A stretch of DNA of 64,000 nt, from contig NC_087257.1 of assembly GCF_037042905.1 (NCBI RefSeq), forward strand, positions 20,274,001 to 20,338,000, written 5' to 3'. The stretch comes from Lytechinus pictus. Taxonomy: Eukaryota. Position numbers and translations under genes: made by a program. The notes beneath the pieces are model-generated. The model was not told the DNA's origin. It made no database searches and saw only the letters and a list, made by a program, of their open reading frames with translations. Shown here piece after piece: positions 26,369-38,167 of the stretch (position 1 is its first letter; every line of letters begins with the position of its first letter).

Positions 26369-26414
26369 AAACTCGACGTTTCGACAAGTGTGTTTTTGTC
26401 GTCTTCAGGAGATT
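26369..26414 (-). ncRNA. Minimal type I hammerhead ribozyme motif (Penelope-like element type)
   Basis: Minus strand reads AAUCUC-CUGAAGA-C-GACAA(AAACACAC)UUGUC-GAAA-CGUC/-GAGUUU: conserved core, 5-bp stem II, palindromic ACGU stem III, GUC cleavage triplet, short stem I. Confidence 0.65.
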
Positions 26415-27119
26415 GTTTTGTTGTATTGTGTATTGTAATATGTTCACAATGACATGTTCAAAATAATATATTTATTGTTTGTATTTCGCTCGCTTGTATC
26501 CGAAGTAAGTCTTAAGGAAGTGCTTCAATTTTTAAACTTGTCTAATGCCAAGTTTGGGTAATTGTCAATTTATTTTAATAAGTTTCACATTTCTATACTG
26601 AAAATTACAAGAAGAAAAACAAATCATGAATCATTGTGAGATGGGGTTATCATCCACTTTGTTCCTGGTCAATTATTTTCAAGTTAATACACACATAACC
26701 TGATCATGATCAGAGTGTCATCATGTTAGCTTATAATACACCTGATATGAGCACCACAATTCTAAAGTTCTCTAGTGAAAATAAAAATGTATGTTCCATC
26801 GCAAAAAAGAGGTGACTGTTGTTTTTTTGTTTTTTTGTTTTTTTGCAGGTTGATTTCTTAAACTCCTTTGGCTGCAATAACCGATATCATTTCATGTTCG
26901 AGGTTTCAAATCCAAGATTTGCTTCTTCAACATTATTTTGTTTGCCTTGCAGCTAGACCCATCGAATACAAATACCGTTTGTTCGGGAACAGTGAGGGTG
27001 TGTCGACGTCGGAGAGCCATTGTGCAGGTTGCATCCCCCTCCACACCATAATCCCGTAACTAGATTAACTACATTAATCTTAATAAGGAACATAGTCGTG
27101 GAAGATGATTTTTATAAGA

Positions 27120-27298
27120 TTAGCGTTCGATGGCGCAGATTTCGTATGGTTCTGGATTCATGGTGATTCCAGTCTCGCCACGCAAGCTTGGAGTGGGTTG
27201 ATTGAGTGGTAACCTGAATTCAAACTGCTGGAAGAGATTGGTGAACAGGAGGAAGGTTTCCATTTTAGCCAGCTGACTACCCACGCAATCCCGCCGAC
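27120..27298 (-). CDS. CYP2-clan P450 paralogue A, exon 4
   Basis: cag acceptor; completes the heme motif FGVGRRDCVG (FxxGxRxCxG); ends ...YEICAIER*. Confidence 0.95.
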
Positions 27299-27679
27299 CT
27301 GTATAACAACAGAAACATGAATTTCTTAGTTGACAATTAGCAAGCAGATTAGCATAAAGTAGTTTTAAGGTACCTCTGCTCATATAGACGCGCATACACG
27401 TATTTAAATCATGCAATTCCATTGAAGTTAATGTGCGAGTTTAATAGATACTTCCCTTAAACCCTTGGGAGGGGTGCCAACTTTAGCATGCTGCAAAGAC
27501 ATGGGCCCATTTTTTTTTAATAACGTACGATTAAGACTAGTTAAAAAGAATATCTAAAATTTTCCCAGTTCATCCAGAAATATGATAGTCTGGAGCATGC
27601 GTGAATTAAAATATAATGCTTGTATAAGACACTGTAAAAGGCCAATATTCTCTCTTTTATGAGGGGACAGAGCCTAGGG

Positions 27680-28623
27680 CAGGGGTTCTCAAACTACGGC
27701 CCGCGGGCGGAGCTTCTCTATCCGGCCCGCGAGACTGCTGTTTTTTTTTTAATCACTTTTAAGTCACAATATGAAACATAGCTCAATATGATTACATTGT
27801 GTATCCATGTAACCGTATTAAAAGTAATGGCAGTCAAATTAATTTGACTATTAAGCAAAGTTTAGTGGAGTATTTTCTGTCTGTTCTACTTTCTTATTAG
27901 ATGACCAGGGCTACAATGAAAAAGTAGTTTCACATCAAACGTTGATAACACGTTGCATTTGAAAACAGGTGCGCGCACATTCCAACACGCGATCAATTTG
28001 GTTAAAACGTAAGCTTAATTGCCGGTTCAGCTCTGCGTATTTTCTCAGGGGTACATTAGTCATCATTAATTATTAGCCAGGTCAAGATGGTATCAAATTC
28101 TGCAATTAAAAGAATGGTGAATACTGAAAATCGTGTTTTCCATGAAGAATGGACAGACAAGTATCATTCATTTTGCCACAATCGAGCACAAGGCCAATGT
28201 GTTGGCCAATCTACTTTGACTCCAAAAAAAATATTGATAGACCTACTGCAAAACATTATCTGTCTCTTCAATCATGTCAATTCTAGGTATGTGTTAAAAT
28301 TAACTTAGGTCATTGTGGGTACAATCTACATTCCTTTTAACAAAGTACTACAATTTTGTTGTCATTACTATTGACTCTCGCTGTATTTTGAAATCTTTTC
28401 TACTTTTGCCTGTGTTCCATGCATATGAAACTGTTATAAATTTGTTGGATTAAATTCTCCCAAAAATAAGGGCCAGATTGCACCAGAGAGCATCTAGGAT
28501 CCCGACCGCAAGGGTCTTCGCACTTCGCGCACATTTTTTTCTAAGTATTCACTTCACCCTGGCCCTTTCAGGTTTATTTCGAGTCTCATCTGGCCCTTCA
28601 AATAGAAAGTTTAAGAACCCCTG
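27680..28623 (+). mobile_element. hAT (Charlie/Buster-type) deletion derivative in CYP-A intron 3 with a transposase 5' stub
   Basis: TIR CAGGGGTTCT; perfect 8-bp TSD GCCTAGGG; ORF 28087 begins KRMVNTENRVFHEEWTDKY, like the N-termini of Buster/GTF2IRD2-type transposases. Confidence 0.85.
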
Positions 28624-29216
28624 GCCTAGGGTTTACAACAAACGATCAAAGCAGCTTTACGCTGCCACTTTCTTTAAAATCGAGGGTAAAAATGAAGACA
28701 TCTTTAAGAGTTGCAAAATTTCGCAAAAGAAAGGTTATTACACATCCTAGTCGGTATGCAAATATGCAAATAAGGGAAGACTGCATCCACTCACTAGTTC
28801 TTTTGCAATTATAATTATGTGAAAATATGGTGGAACTATTTTTTTTCCGTAGTACAATTAAAAAGAGTTTGATTTCTACGAAAATACACAATTATCATTC
28901 CTAATCCCGAAAGAGATTCATTGAAGAGTTTCCTTATTGTCAAATTAATCTGCACATGAATTAAATTATTTTATACATCATGATAAATTATTCAAATACC
29001 AAATAGTAATTTACTGCCACCATATCTTTTCATTCCATATCACCCGTGTTTTGCATGTAACTGATACAATAAGCCAACCTTTAAAATGTCATAGCGTTTA
29101 ATTTTTACTTCTGATTTCGGCAAAATTTTCGGCGTTAAAATTGTTTTTTCCATTCCTTCAGGCAACATGGGTGAACTTTTAAATCTCAAGTACAAATATA
29201 TTCTTTCCCTTCTTAC

Positions 29217-29544
29217 CGACACCGAATGGCATCCAAGCATCGTTCTTCTGAAACACTTTCCCATCCTCGCTGAGAAATCGGTCTGGGTTGAAATCTTCCG
29301 GATCCTTCCATTCTCGCGGATCATGATGAACAGCCCACAGGTTCGGAACAATGATGGCTCCTTTAGGAATCGAATAACCTCCCAAAGAAACGTCATCAGA
29401 AGTCATGTGGGGGACTGAGACGGGAAGAACGGGTCGAATTCTCATGACTTCAGCAAGGGTGGCATTGCAGTAGTGCAACTGTGGACGGTCCTCGGTTGTC
29501 GGTTGACGACCACGTCCAATAACAGTGTCTAATTCGGTTTGTAC
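29217..29544 (-). CDS. CYP2-clan P450 paralogue A, exon 3
   Basis: cag|VQTELD...; K-helix EVMR, PKG, FNPDRF (PERF motif), WMPFGV(G)|GTAAG donor in phase 1. Confidence 0.95.
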
Positions 29545-30405
29545 CTGCGTTGGTCATAAAGAAAATGTGTGGGTTTTTTCTCTCTTCATTGAGTGTCCTC
29601 CGAAAAGAAAGAATTTCAAATCATGAATGTTTACTTTCCCCTTGGTCTTAGTTTGGATAAAATCAGTGTGCCTAAACAAGCTAAAATGAAATTTATGCAG
29701 ACCTAAATGCACAGTGAGAAAAAAACAACAGAATAAACAAAATTGTGTATAAATGGAGGGGAGTAGGTGGTTCACGACCCACCTAAAATCACCACCGAAT
29801 GGGAAGAGAGAGGGTAAGGGAGAAAGGGTGAAAATTATATTATTTTTTAAATGTATTTTCAAAATCTATCACAAAATTAGCTTTCGGTACTAAAATAGTC
29901 AACGTTGCATGCTCGGGACTTACAAAATACACAATGTTTCTTCCCCTCAATCCTTTTAAGTCAATACACCACTGATTAAAAAACCCTGACCATACAGATA
30001 TCAAGGCTTGTCTTTTATTTTTCTTACTTTGCATTTTAGTCTGCAGAAATGCTCAGTGATATTAAATGAATATAAACGAAATGAAATTCGTAAAAAAATA
30101 ATGCGAATGATGGAAAAAACTTATATGCTCTCAATATCTATTTGAGATTATTATTGATTGATAGATGGGAAAAAACACCAAATACATTAAAATTGTAAAT
30201 ATAAGATATAATATAGAGAAAAAATATATATTCATTAATAAAGAAATCAAATTTTAGAAGGGAAAGATAACCAGAAGGAATCGGAATGTTATAACACGAA
30301 GAGGAAGGTTCGAGGAAAATACCAGCACAATCTATATAAAATTGAATAATTTCATTCAAATTCTTCATAAGGGTTTAATGGCAAATAATTTAAATAGGTC
30401 GCTAC

Positions 30406-31016
30406 CTTTTGTTGAACATCCGGGTGAATTGCTAAGAGGAGAATCGCCCAAGATGTAACAACTGCCGTGGTATCGGTACCTCCGAGAAAGAAATCCAGCA
30501 AAATCCGCCAAAGATACTCAACTTTGAATTCCTGGCGTATATCATCATCTGCTAGGAAGGCGTCGATAAAATCACGAATGTTCTCTTTCTGAAATGTCTC
30601 CTGATGGCTTTTGACATGAGACATCATGAAGTCCCTGTCGGCAAAGATCGTTTCACGGTAGTGCTTGTATTTCGGTGTGTGTATGAGTGATTCGAAGATG
30701 TTCACCGGATCTGTTTCTGGGATCAGTGAGACTGTGTCTTCAACTGACTTTAGAATCCCAATATACTCTGGATCATCGTACTCATATCGGCGACCAAATA
30801 GAAGCTGACAAATGATGTTCGCGGTGGCCTTATAGAGCATGATCGAAAGATCTGTGGGTTTTCCACGAATATTTCTGATTTCATCTGCAAGGTAACGTGC
30901 TTCAAGGTTGATCCGAGGCACTAGGCTCCGTTTTCCGAATCCAAAGGAGCGCAGAGCAGGAAGAGAGAATTTCCTTAAGTCACTCCAAGGCTTTCCATTA
31001 CTGAACACGATGGAAG
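30406..31016 (-). CDS. CYP2-clan P450 paralogue A, exon 2
   Basis: ttag acceptor; C-helix WSDLR, LRSFGFGK, RDFIDAFL, I-helix GGTDTT, HPDVQQK|GTAGC donor in phase 0. Confidence 0.94.
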
Positions 31017-31515
31017 CTAAGTTGGTAAGAAAATTAAAATTGAACGCATTACAATGATCACCCAAACCTTACATCAAACCATGAATTACCCTTTTTCAGA
31101 GCGAGAATATAGATATATTCCAGAACCTACACTTATTAACTTTAATTGATCTGGGAAGGAAAATTCATGATTCAGAGAACAATCCTCGCCCAAGTCCACA
31201 ACGGTTCTGAGAGAGGGGTGATGAAGCCCCTCCCATCAATAATTGGGTCAGTATTGTGCAAAAATTGAGTCACACTAACAATTTGGAAAATAAATAGTAT
31301 ACCTTGACCTCTCCCAGATCGATCTTTTCCTAATGGTCTTAGCCCACAATACCCCCTCTCCCGTCGATCTTTGAAATATATGTGTCGAGAACTTGTAAAA
31401 GTGTTGGAGTGAATGTGAATAATTTTATCATTGAAAATACTCCTTGACAAAAAAATACTTATTCAGTTTTATCAAACAATACCACCATGTTCTTTGGCCG
31501 AGAAGCAAACCTTAC

Positions 31516-31849
31516 CTTTCTTTTGAGGGTCTGGGATACCCCAGTTCAGATGACCAGCCACAAACCGATCAGAGAAGAATTCCCCAGACTTTGCAAGAGC
31601 CTGTCTCAAGCTGTCCTTGTCATTAAGAACAACAAAGAGAAATGACCCTCTCTTCAAACTGAAAACAGGACCATACTTCTTAGCCAGGTCTGTGTAGGCT
31701 TCATGGATGAGGTCCTCTTTAAATTTGTACCCAATGAAAGGGAGAGACCATGGTCCAGGTGGAAGTTTCTTTCGTCTTCGGATCAACAAGATGCAGAGCA
31801 GAAATCCCAATGCTCCAAGAAAAAAAGATGTGACTAACATATCACCCAT
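31516..31849 (-). CDS. Cytochrome P450, CYP2 clan (CYP2U/2J-like), paralogue A, exon 1 (gene complement join 31849..31516,31016..30406,29544..29217,27298..27120; 483 aa)
   Basis: ATG at 31849 (the ORF-track start at 31855 is TTG). N-terminal TM anchor, basic RRRKK, PPGPWSLPFIG hinge, KKYGPVFSL; G|GTAAG donor in phase 1. Confidence 0.93.
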
Positions 31850-33326
31850 TTTCAAATCGAAATTAATTTGATACAGATTATGTGGAACATAAGTTAGTAC
31901 CGAATGCCATCCTGCTGAATGTCACTACGATTCATCATTGTTAACGTAAAGGTAGAAAACGTAATTCGTGTGTAGGTACGTTTCGACCTGTGTCGTTTCA
32001 CCTCATATAATCTAAATAACAGAATGAAATATATTGAATTTTCTAGTGTCGAGAGAATACATTTATATATGATGTGATGTTAAACGTGGTTTACTTTGAA
32101 TCAACAAATACAAACACTCTTTTATTTACGTTCCAGGTTTAAAGTCTCCGGTCAAAGTTTCCGGTTTGTTAAACATTTGCAATTCAAAACCTTGGGAAGA
32201 GTCACGGACGAAGTAATAAAAGTGATAAAGGTAAACAAGTGATAAGAGAGGCTAATCACGAATTGAATTACTCTGATACCTATTTACTCATTTATTCAGA
32301 CATATTAAATCAATAGTATAGATCAGCTAAATTGTTCTACTTCATGTTCCTAGACATTAAAAACATCATATACACCAATACCAGTTCAAATTTTATAATT
32401 ATTATAAAAAAAGTTGTTCTTATTAAGAAGTATGTAGTACAAGATAGTTAACAATTTGTAAAATAATGTCATCTGTGCAGTTAAACTCATGTAGGCCTAC
32501 TTAAAAACCAAGTACACAATGTGCACTATATGAACTATAAATGTTGTATGCATACTTTAAATATAATTCAAATAATAATACCGAGGAAGCAAGGCTAAGC
32601 AACCAACCGAAATCGAGTTTTCCATGGTAAATATACAATTTGCAGTTGTAGTTGTAATTTCACCCTCCTGCTGAGGCAGAGGAGTTCCGACACTGGGAAG
32701 GAAAACCAAATTTGTACCCCGTCTTCTGCTTCCAACACCTGATTTTCAAAACTTAAGTTCCATTTCCCCAAGATGTGCACCCCCATACCACTTTAGTTCC
32801 ACCTCCCCAGCATGTGCACCTCCCCATGCTGAAACCAGCCTACGACATTGAATTGTATAGTTGATTTACGTTGTTTATTGCATATCATATTTCTTTGAAT
32901 GCACAGTTTCTTGTAATGCCCAGAATTTGGGACTGACATTTGATTGCACTTGAACGTAAGTTTCCAGCAACAATCTTAATTTCGGGGACTTAAAATAAAT
33001 TCAGGTGGACTGTAGTTGGGAACCAATCGAAATCTGGATTTAGTTTAAATCCTAAAGATTCATTTTTAATTTTTTTTTTTAAACCGAGACAACGCGATAA
33101 AATCCTGAAGGTGCTTCATAATACTAGTAGCACCCCGGCATCCCCGCTTCCCAGGGCCATGCATGTCTCTCTCTCTCTCTCTCTCTCTATCCCTCTCTCA
33201 CACATACACACGAAAGCCCATGCACATATATACTTTCATTCTCAAGACTCCTGGAATCTTTTAAGATCGAGGGCAAAAAAGGTAAATCTCATGGAAAAAA
33301 ATTGAAACTACTTTCAATAAAACATT

Positions 33327-33432
33327 CACTGTAAAAAATGAAGTGCTAATTTAGCACTTACAGTGCTTGTATAGTGACTGCACTACGAGTGCTGATTTTC
33401 TAGTTCAAATTAGCACTTCATTTTTTACAGTG
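33327..33432. mobile_element. EnSpm/CACTA-like mini-MITE (106 bp)
   Basis: 26-bp perfect TIR CACTGTAAAAAATGAAGTGCTAATTT; 2-bp TT flanks. Confidence 0.7.
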
Positions 33433-34172
33433 TTTAAGCCATTTATGTCATAAGATTATATATTTACGTTCCACACACGGATCATTCCTATTTACGTTTC
33501 CCACACGGATTATTCCTATTTATGTTTCCCACAAGGATAATTCCACCAAGCTCGCAAGATCCCATCTTGAACATTGAACATGTTTAAACTATGACAGATC
33601 ATTGTTCCCATGACGTAGTGCACATGGGCTATTTGCTTGCCATTTGTCATGGTGGTATCAAAGAACCCTCCATTATAATGGCCGGTATGTATCTGAAAAT
33701 GAGGGGGTGTCCGTTCTGAGTCACGTGACTCAGAACGGACGGATAACACTCTTGTTTACAGTGTTATCCCCCCCCAAAAAAAAAAAAAAAATTATAATAA
33801 TGATAATAATAAAATAAAGATATGATAATATAATAATAATGATGATGAAAATAGTTATCATCACTAGTATAATTACTATACATGTAATAGCAATGATAAT
33901 AGTAATGAATATCGTATTTACGCATGATGACCATTGATATTGTTTTTTTATCATAATTTTCTTATGTTTATTGCTAATGAATAAAACATTCGTTTCGGAA
34001 ACTATTACAAACAGATGTATTGAGATTATCGATTATCACTTCATTTCTTCTGGATTCCTTTATTCAAGCAGATGTATGATGTAAAATATGGGAAACATAC
34101 AAAAGAAAGGGGAATGGAAATTTAAATGAGTGTATAAAAGTGAAAATTAACCATGAAAACCAATAAAGATTT

Positions 34173-35284
34173 CTCAAAATAGCAATTTTTAGGTAAATGG
34201 TTCAAATATTCCAGCATGCGTTTCGCGCTCGCATTATTTATTTAGGCTTCAAGAAGTACCTAGTCTTCTAGACATGAGGCAAACATCTTCGGCCCTTTTG
34301 AAAAATTGTTCCTGATCCCTGCTCCTGGTCTACCAATCCACACACCGTCTTAATTCAGCCTTCTGACATCTATCAATTGACTCTACTCATTTCCGAAGGA
34401 TACTCTACTTCCTATATGTCCTAATCTCCACTTTCTCGCCTTTCCATTTCACTTCTACCTCTATCCATCCTTCTTAGTCCCTTTTCTAGGACATACCACA
34501 TTGTGTACCGTAAACAACGCGATTAATCTTGTTTTTTGGTTCTGATTATATTCCTTCAGATACGATTTGCCATGTAAATATAATATCATGCTGACCGACC
34601 ACAAACAAATCAATATTTGATTAGAAAAGAACACAGTATGCAAAGTCCAGCGGGGTGACAATGTCAAGCCATTGACCCCGGACCTGTTAAGTTTTACAGT
34701 TGCATTCTTGCTGTGTAAGTCATGTAAACCAGTAAAACTTATAAAATCTCTCAAAATAGCTAGTTTTTAGTAAACATTTCCTATATTTCAGTATGCGTTT
34801 CGCGCTCTCATGATTTATGTAGTCTTCACGAAGTACATAGTCTTCTAGAAATAGAGCTAACAGCTTCGGCCATTTTTTTCTTCAAAACCAGCACCCTTTA
34901 GAAAAACTGCTCCTGGTCTACCAATCCACAAACTGTCTCAATTCAGCCTTCTGACATCTCATTGACTCTACTCATTTCCGAAAGATATTCTGCTTCCAAC
35001 ATGTCATCCACTTTCTCGACTCTCCATTTCACTTGTCCCTCTATCCATTTTCCTTAGTCCTTTTTCTAGGACATACCACATAGTGTACCGTAAACAATGC
35101 AATTAACCTTGATTTTGGTTCTGATTATATTCCTTCAGATATGACTTGCCATGTAAATATAATATCTTATTGACCGACCACAAACAAATCATAACTTGAT
35201 TAGAAAACAACGCAGAATGCAAAGTCCAGCGGGTGACAATTTACAAGCCATCGACCCCGGACGACTTGTTAAATTTTACAGTTG
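34173..35284. repeat. Tandem ~580-bp duplication upstream of CYP-B
   Basis: 34173-34749 and 34750-35284 are collinear (e.g. CTCCTGGTCTACCAATCCACA, CTAGGACATACCACA, GCAAAGTCCAGCGGG). Confidence 0.85.
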
Positions 35285-35513
35285 TAAATTCAAATACATT
35301 GCACTTGTCGTTCTTAGATATGCAAATACGACTTTGTAATTCGGTATTTGATATGTTCGAGAACATGAACTCATAGTTCATTCCATATGCAAGTACACTT
35401 GGTTATTATTAAATAGATCGCCGAAACTGTTCGTAAGCATTCTTTACAGTTAACAGTTCCAGCTTCAGCTTCCGTTCGGTCGGCATTCGGTTTGCTTTTC
35501 ATCACATTTTAAG

Positions 35514-35847
35514 ATGTTTGACCCGTCAGTTACATCTGTATTCCTCGGTGCTTTGGTGTTTCTTCTTGTCTTCTGGTTAGCCCGGAAACCGAGGAATCTC
35601 CCGCCAGGACCTTGGTCGCTCCCGATCATTGGTTACCAATTCGGACCTGGCCTAATCCATGAAGCCTTTGTAGATCTGGCCAAGAGGTATGGTCCAATTT
35701 TCAGTGTTCGGAGGGGTGCGTTTCTTTTCGTTGTCTTAAATGACAAGGAGAGTGTTATACAAGCGCTGGTCAAGTCAGGGGAATTCACCTCAGATCGGTT
35801 CGTACCAGGACATTTCAAATGGTCAATTCCCAGAGCGGAAAATGATG
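35514..35847 (+). CDS. Cytochrome P450, CYP2 clan, paralogue B, exon 1 (gene join 35514..35847,41616..42229,42854..43181,43778..43956; 484 aa)
   Basis: MFDPSVTSVFLGALVFLLVFWLARKPRNLPPGPWSLPIIG...; same 334-bp exon and phase-1 GTAAG donor as paralogue A. Confidence 0.94.
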
Positions 35848-36241
35848 GTAAGATTTACTCTATTTTCTCTCCAGGACTTTCCACAATTGAAATGAAATGT
35901 CACTTGAGTCGAAATTTGAAAAGAAAATTTCTTTGACATTTGAACGTCATATGACACATTATAACTGTCTTCATGGAAGTACTTTCAAAAAATATTATTA
36001 GATTCAGGCCTTCGCTGGTAATCATGATAATAAAGTTTAAATCCAATCTCTCAAGTTTTGTTAATTTTGTTTATCCAGCATATGATTGAAATGTAAAATG
36101 AAAAAAATTGGCCGTTCCTTTTTAAACCTTTTAAGCTTACAGTACATGCCCTAATGGGGGGAAAATGACAAGATAAAAACGAAGTTTTTTTTTTCATTTC
36201 ATCCCTAAGTAGAACCATGGATAAACCAAGGTATTACCCAA

Positions 36242-38136
36242 TTAGTCCGGTCTGTTAGCGTCAAAAACACCCTACTTGTGGACACAGTGGACAAAAGCAT
36301 GATTTTTTCTCCAGACCTTTGTTTATGTATAAGAATTAAAAATGGGGTATGCTCCAAAAAATCTGGCTGCAGGAACAGTGAAAAAATGGGTGAAAATGTC
36401 AGAATTTATGAGTTTAGATTGGTCTGATATATAGACTAGCGCTAGTGCAAAACTCAATAGCAGTGCATTATTTTGCATTGGTTTAGTTCTTGAATTCAGA
36501 CCCTTTTTGAACAGATATTCTGTTTGTCCTCACATCTCAATGCACTAAATATCTGAATGCAGATGCTAAACAAGCCGAAGGGTGGCGGTGGAGGGGGTTG
36601 AATGTTGGTGTGTATGTACATATTTTGGTCTTGGTGTAAAGATGTGCAAGACACATTTTTTTGCATGTGTTGCCATGGTAACAGTGTATTATGGCAAAAT
36701 AAGGTTACAAATCTTGCAGTTAGAACTACTTCCTCTGTTTTCATCCGATTCTCATGAAATTTGGCACACACATTGGTCTTGAGGTGAAGATGTCTAAGAC
36801 ACATTTTGTGTGTCTTTCGGAAATTTTGTTGCCATGGTAACAACATAACATTTGGTGAAAATTGGGGAAAAAACCTTACAATTCAAACTGCTTCATCAGT
36901 TTTAAATCAATTCTCATGAAATTTGGCACACACATTGGTATTAAAGTAAAGATGTACAAGGCACTTTTTGTGATTGTTTCAGAAATTGTGTTGCCATGGT
37001 AACAACATATTATATGGCAAAATTTAGGTAAAAACCTTGCAATTTTAACTACTTCATCAGTTTCAAACCAATTCTCATGCATGATATGGCTCACACATTG
37101 GCCTTGAGATAAAGATGTGCAAGAACCTTTTTTTTTTTCATTTGTCAGAGAGTGCATTGCCTTGATAACCACATATAGCCAGAAATGCAGGGAAAACTCA
37201 TCAATTGTGGATCAATCTACTTCTCAGTTTTCAGCCTGTGCTCAGAAAAGTTTACACAAATATTCATTTTGGGTAAAGATTCACATTCAGTGTTAAAGGG
37301 GAATCCAGCCTTGGTCATAAAATGTTGTGTGGAAAAGGAGAAAAATAAGAATGGTGAAAGTTTGAAAGCAATCGGACAAGCAAAATAAAGTTATGGCTGC
37401 TTTAAAATTAAGATCCCTAAGGCTACTAGTATGTAGATTTCAAATTGATAATGGGTAAGTAAATTATGACAAGGGGTGAGGCCGCAAGGACAACTTTCCC
37501 ATTGGCCTTGTACTTTGATTTTTGGTTTTCTCCTAAATTTCATTGGGGCCGTAATATAAACCTGTTAGTATAATGCTTTATGTCCTCATGAAAGAAAGAT
37601 ACAATTTGAAGTAAAACTTTTGAAAAAGACATTTTAGTCAAATAATTATTTCTGTACATGGAAGAGTGGTCCTTCCCTTACATCATTATGACATCACATG
37701 TGCGGCCAATTTGAAGTCTTCATGGGTATATAGTGATTACCAATGTTTACAACTTTTATATATTCACAACTTTCTTATGGTTTGTCCGATATTGTTCAAA
37801 CTTTGACCTATTGTCTGATGTTTTCTTTTCCTCATAAAAACAAGTGTTTATTTGGTTTGGATTCCCCTTTAACATCATAAAATAGCGCAGGGTATTCATG
37901 GTATTAATCACCTTCAATAATATTTATAGGTTTTTTTTTTGGGGGGGGGGCGGAGGAGGTCCTTAAAAACTGACAACATAAAAATATAGAAGGTTAAAGG
38001 ACATGGCCATTAGGAACTTAAACACTCTTAAAGAAAGCACCCCTTCCATTTTTTTTTTGGGGGGGGCCTTTAGAAAATTGCCACATAAAGAGTAAAAGGA
38101 AATAATTACAACTAGGAACTGACCCCCCCCCCCCAA

Positions 38137-38167
<31 letters not shown>

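Noticed and set aside
33730-33954. Hydrophobic Ile-rich ORF
   Set aside because: It is low-complexity (ATA/ATG)n sequence.
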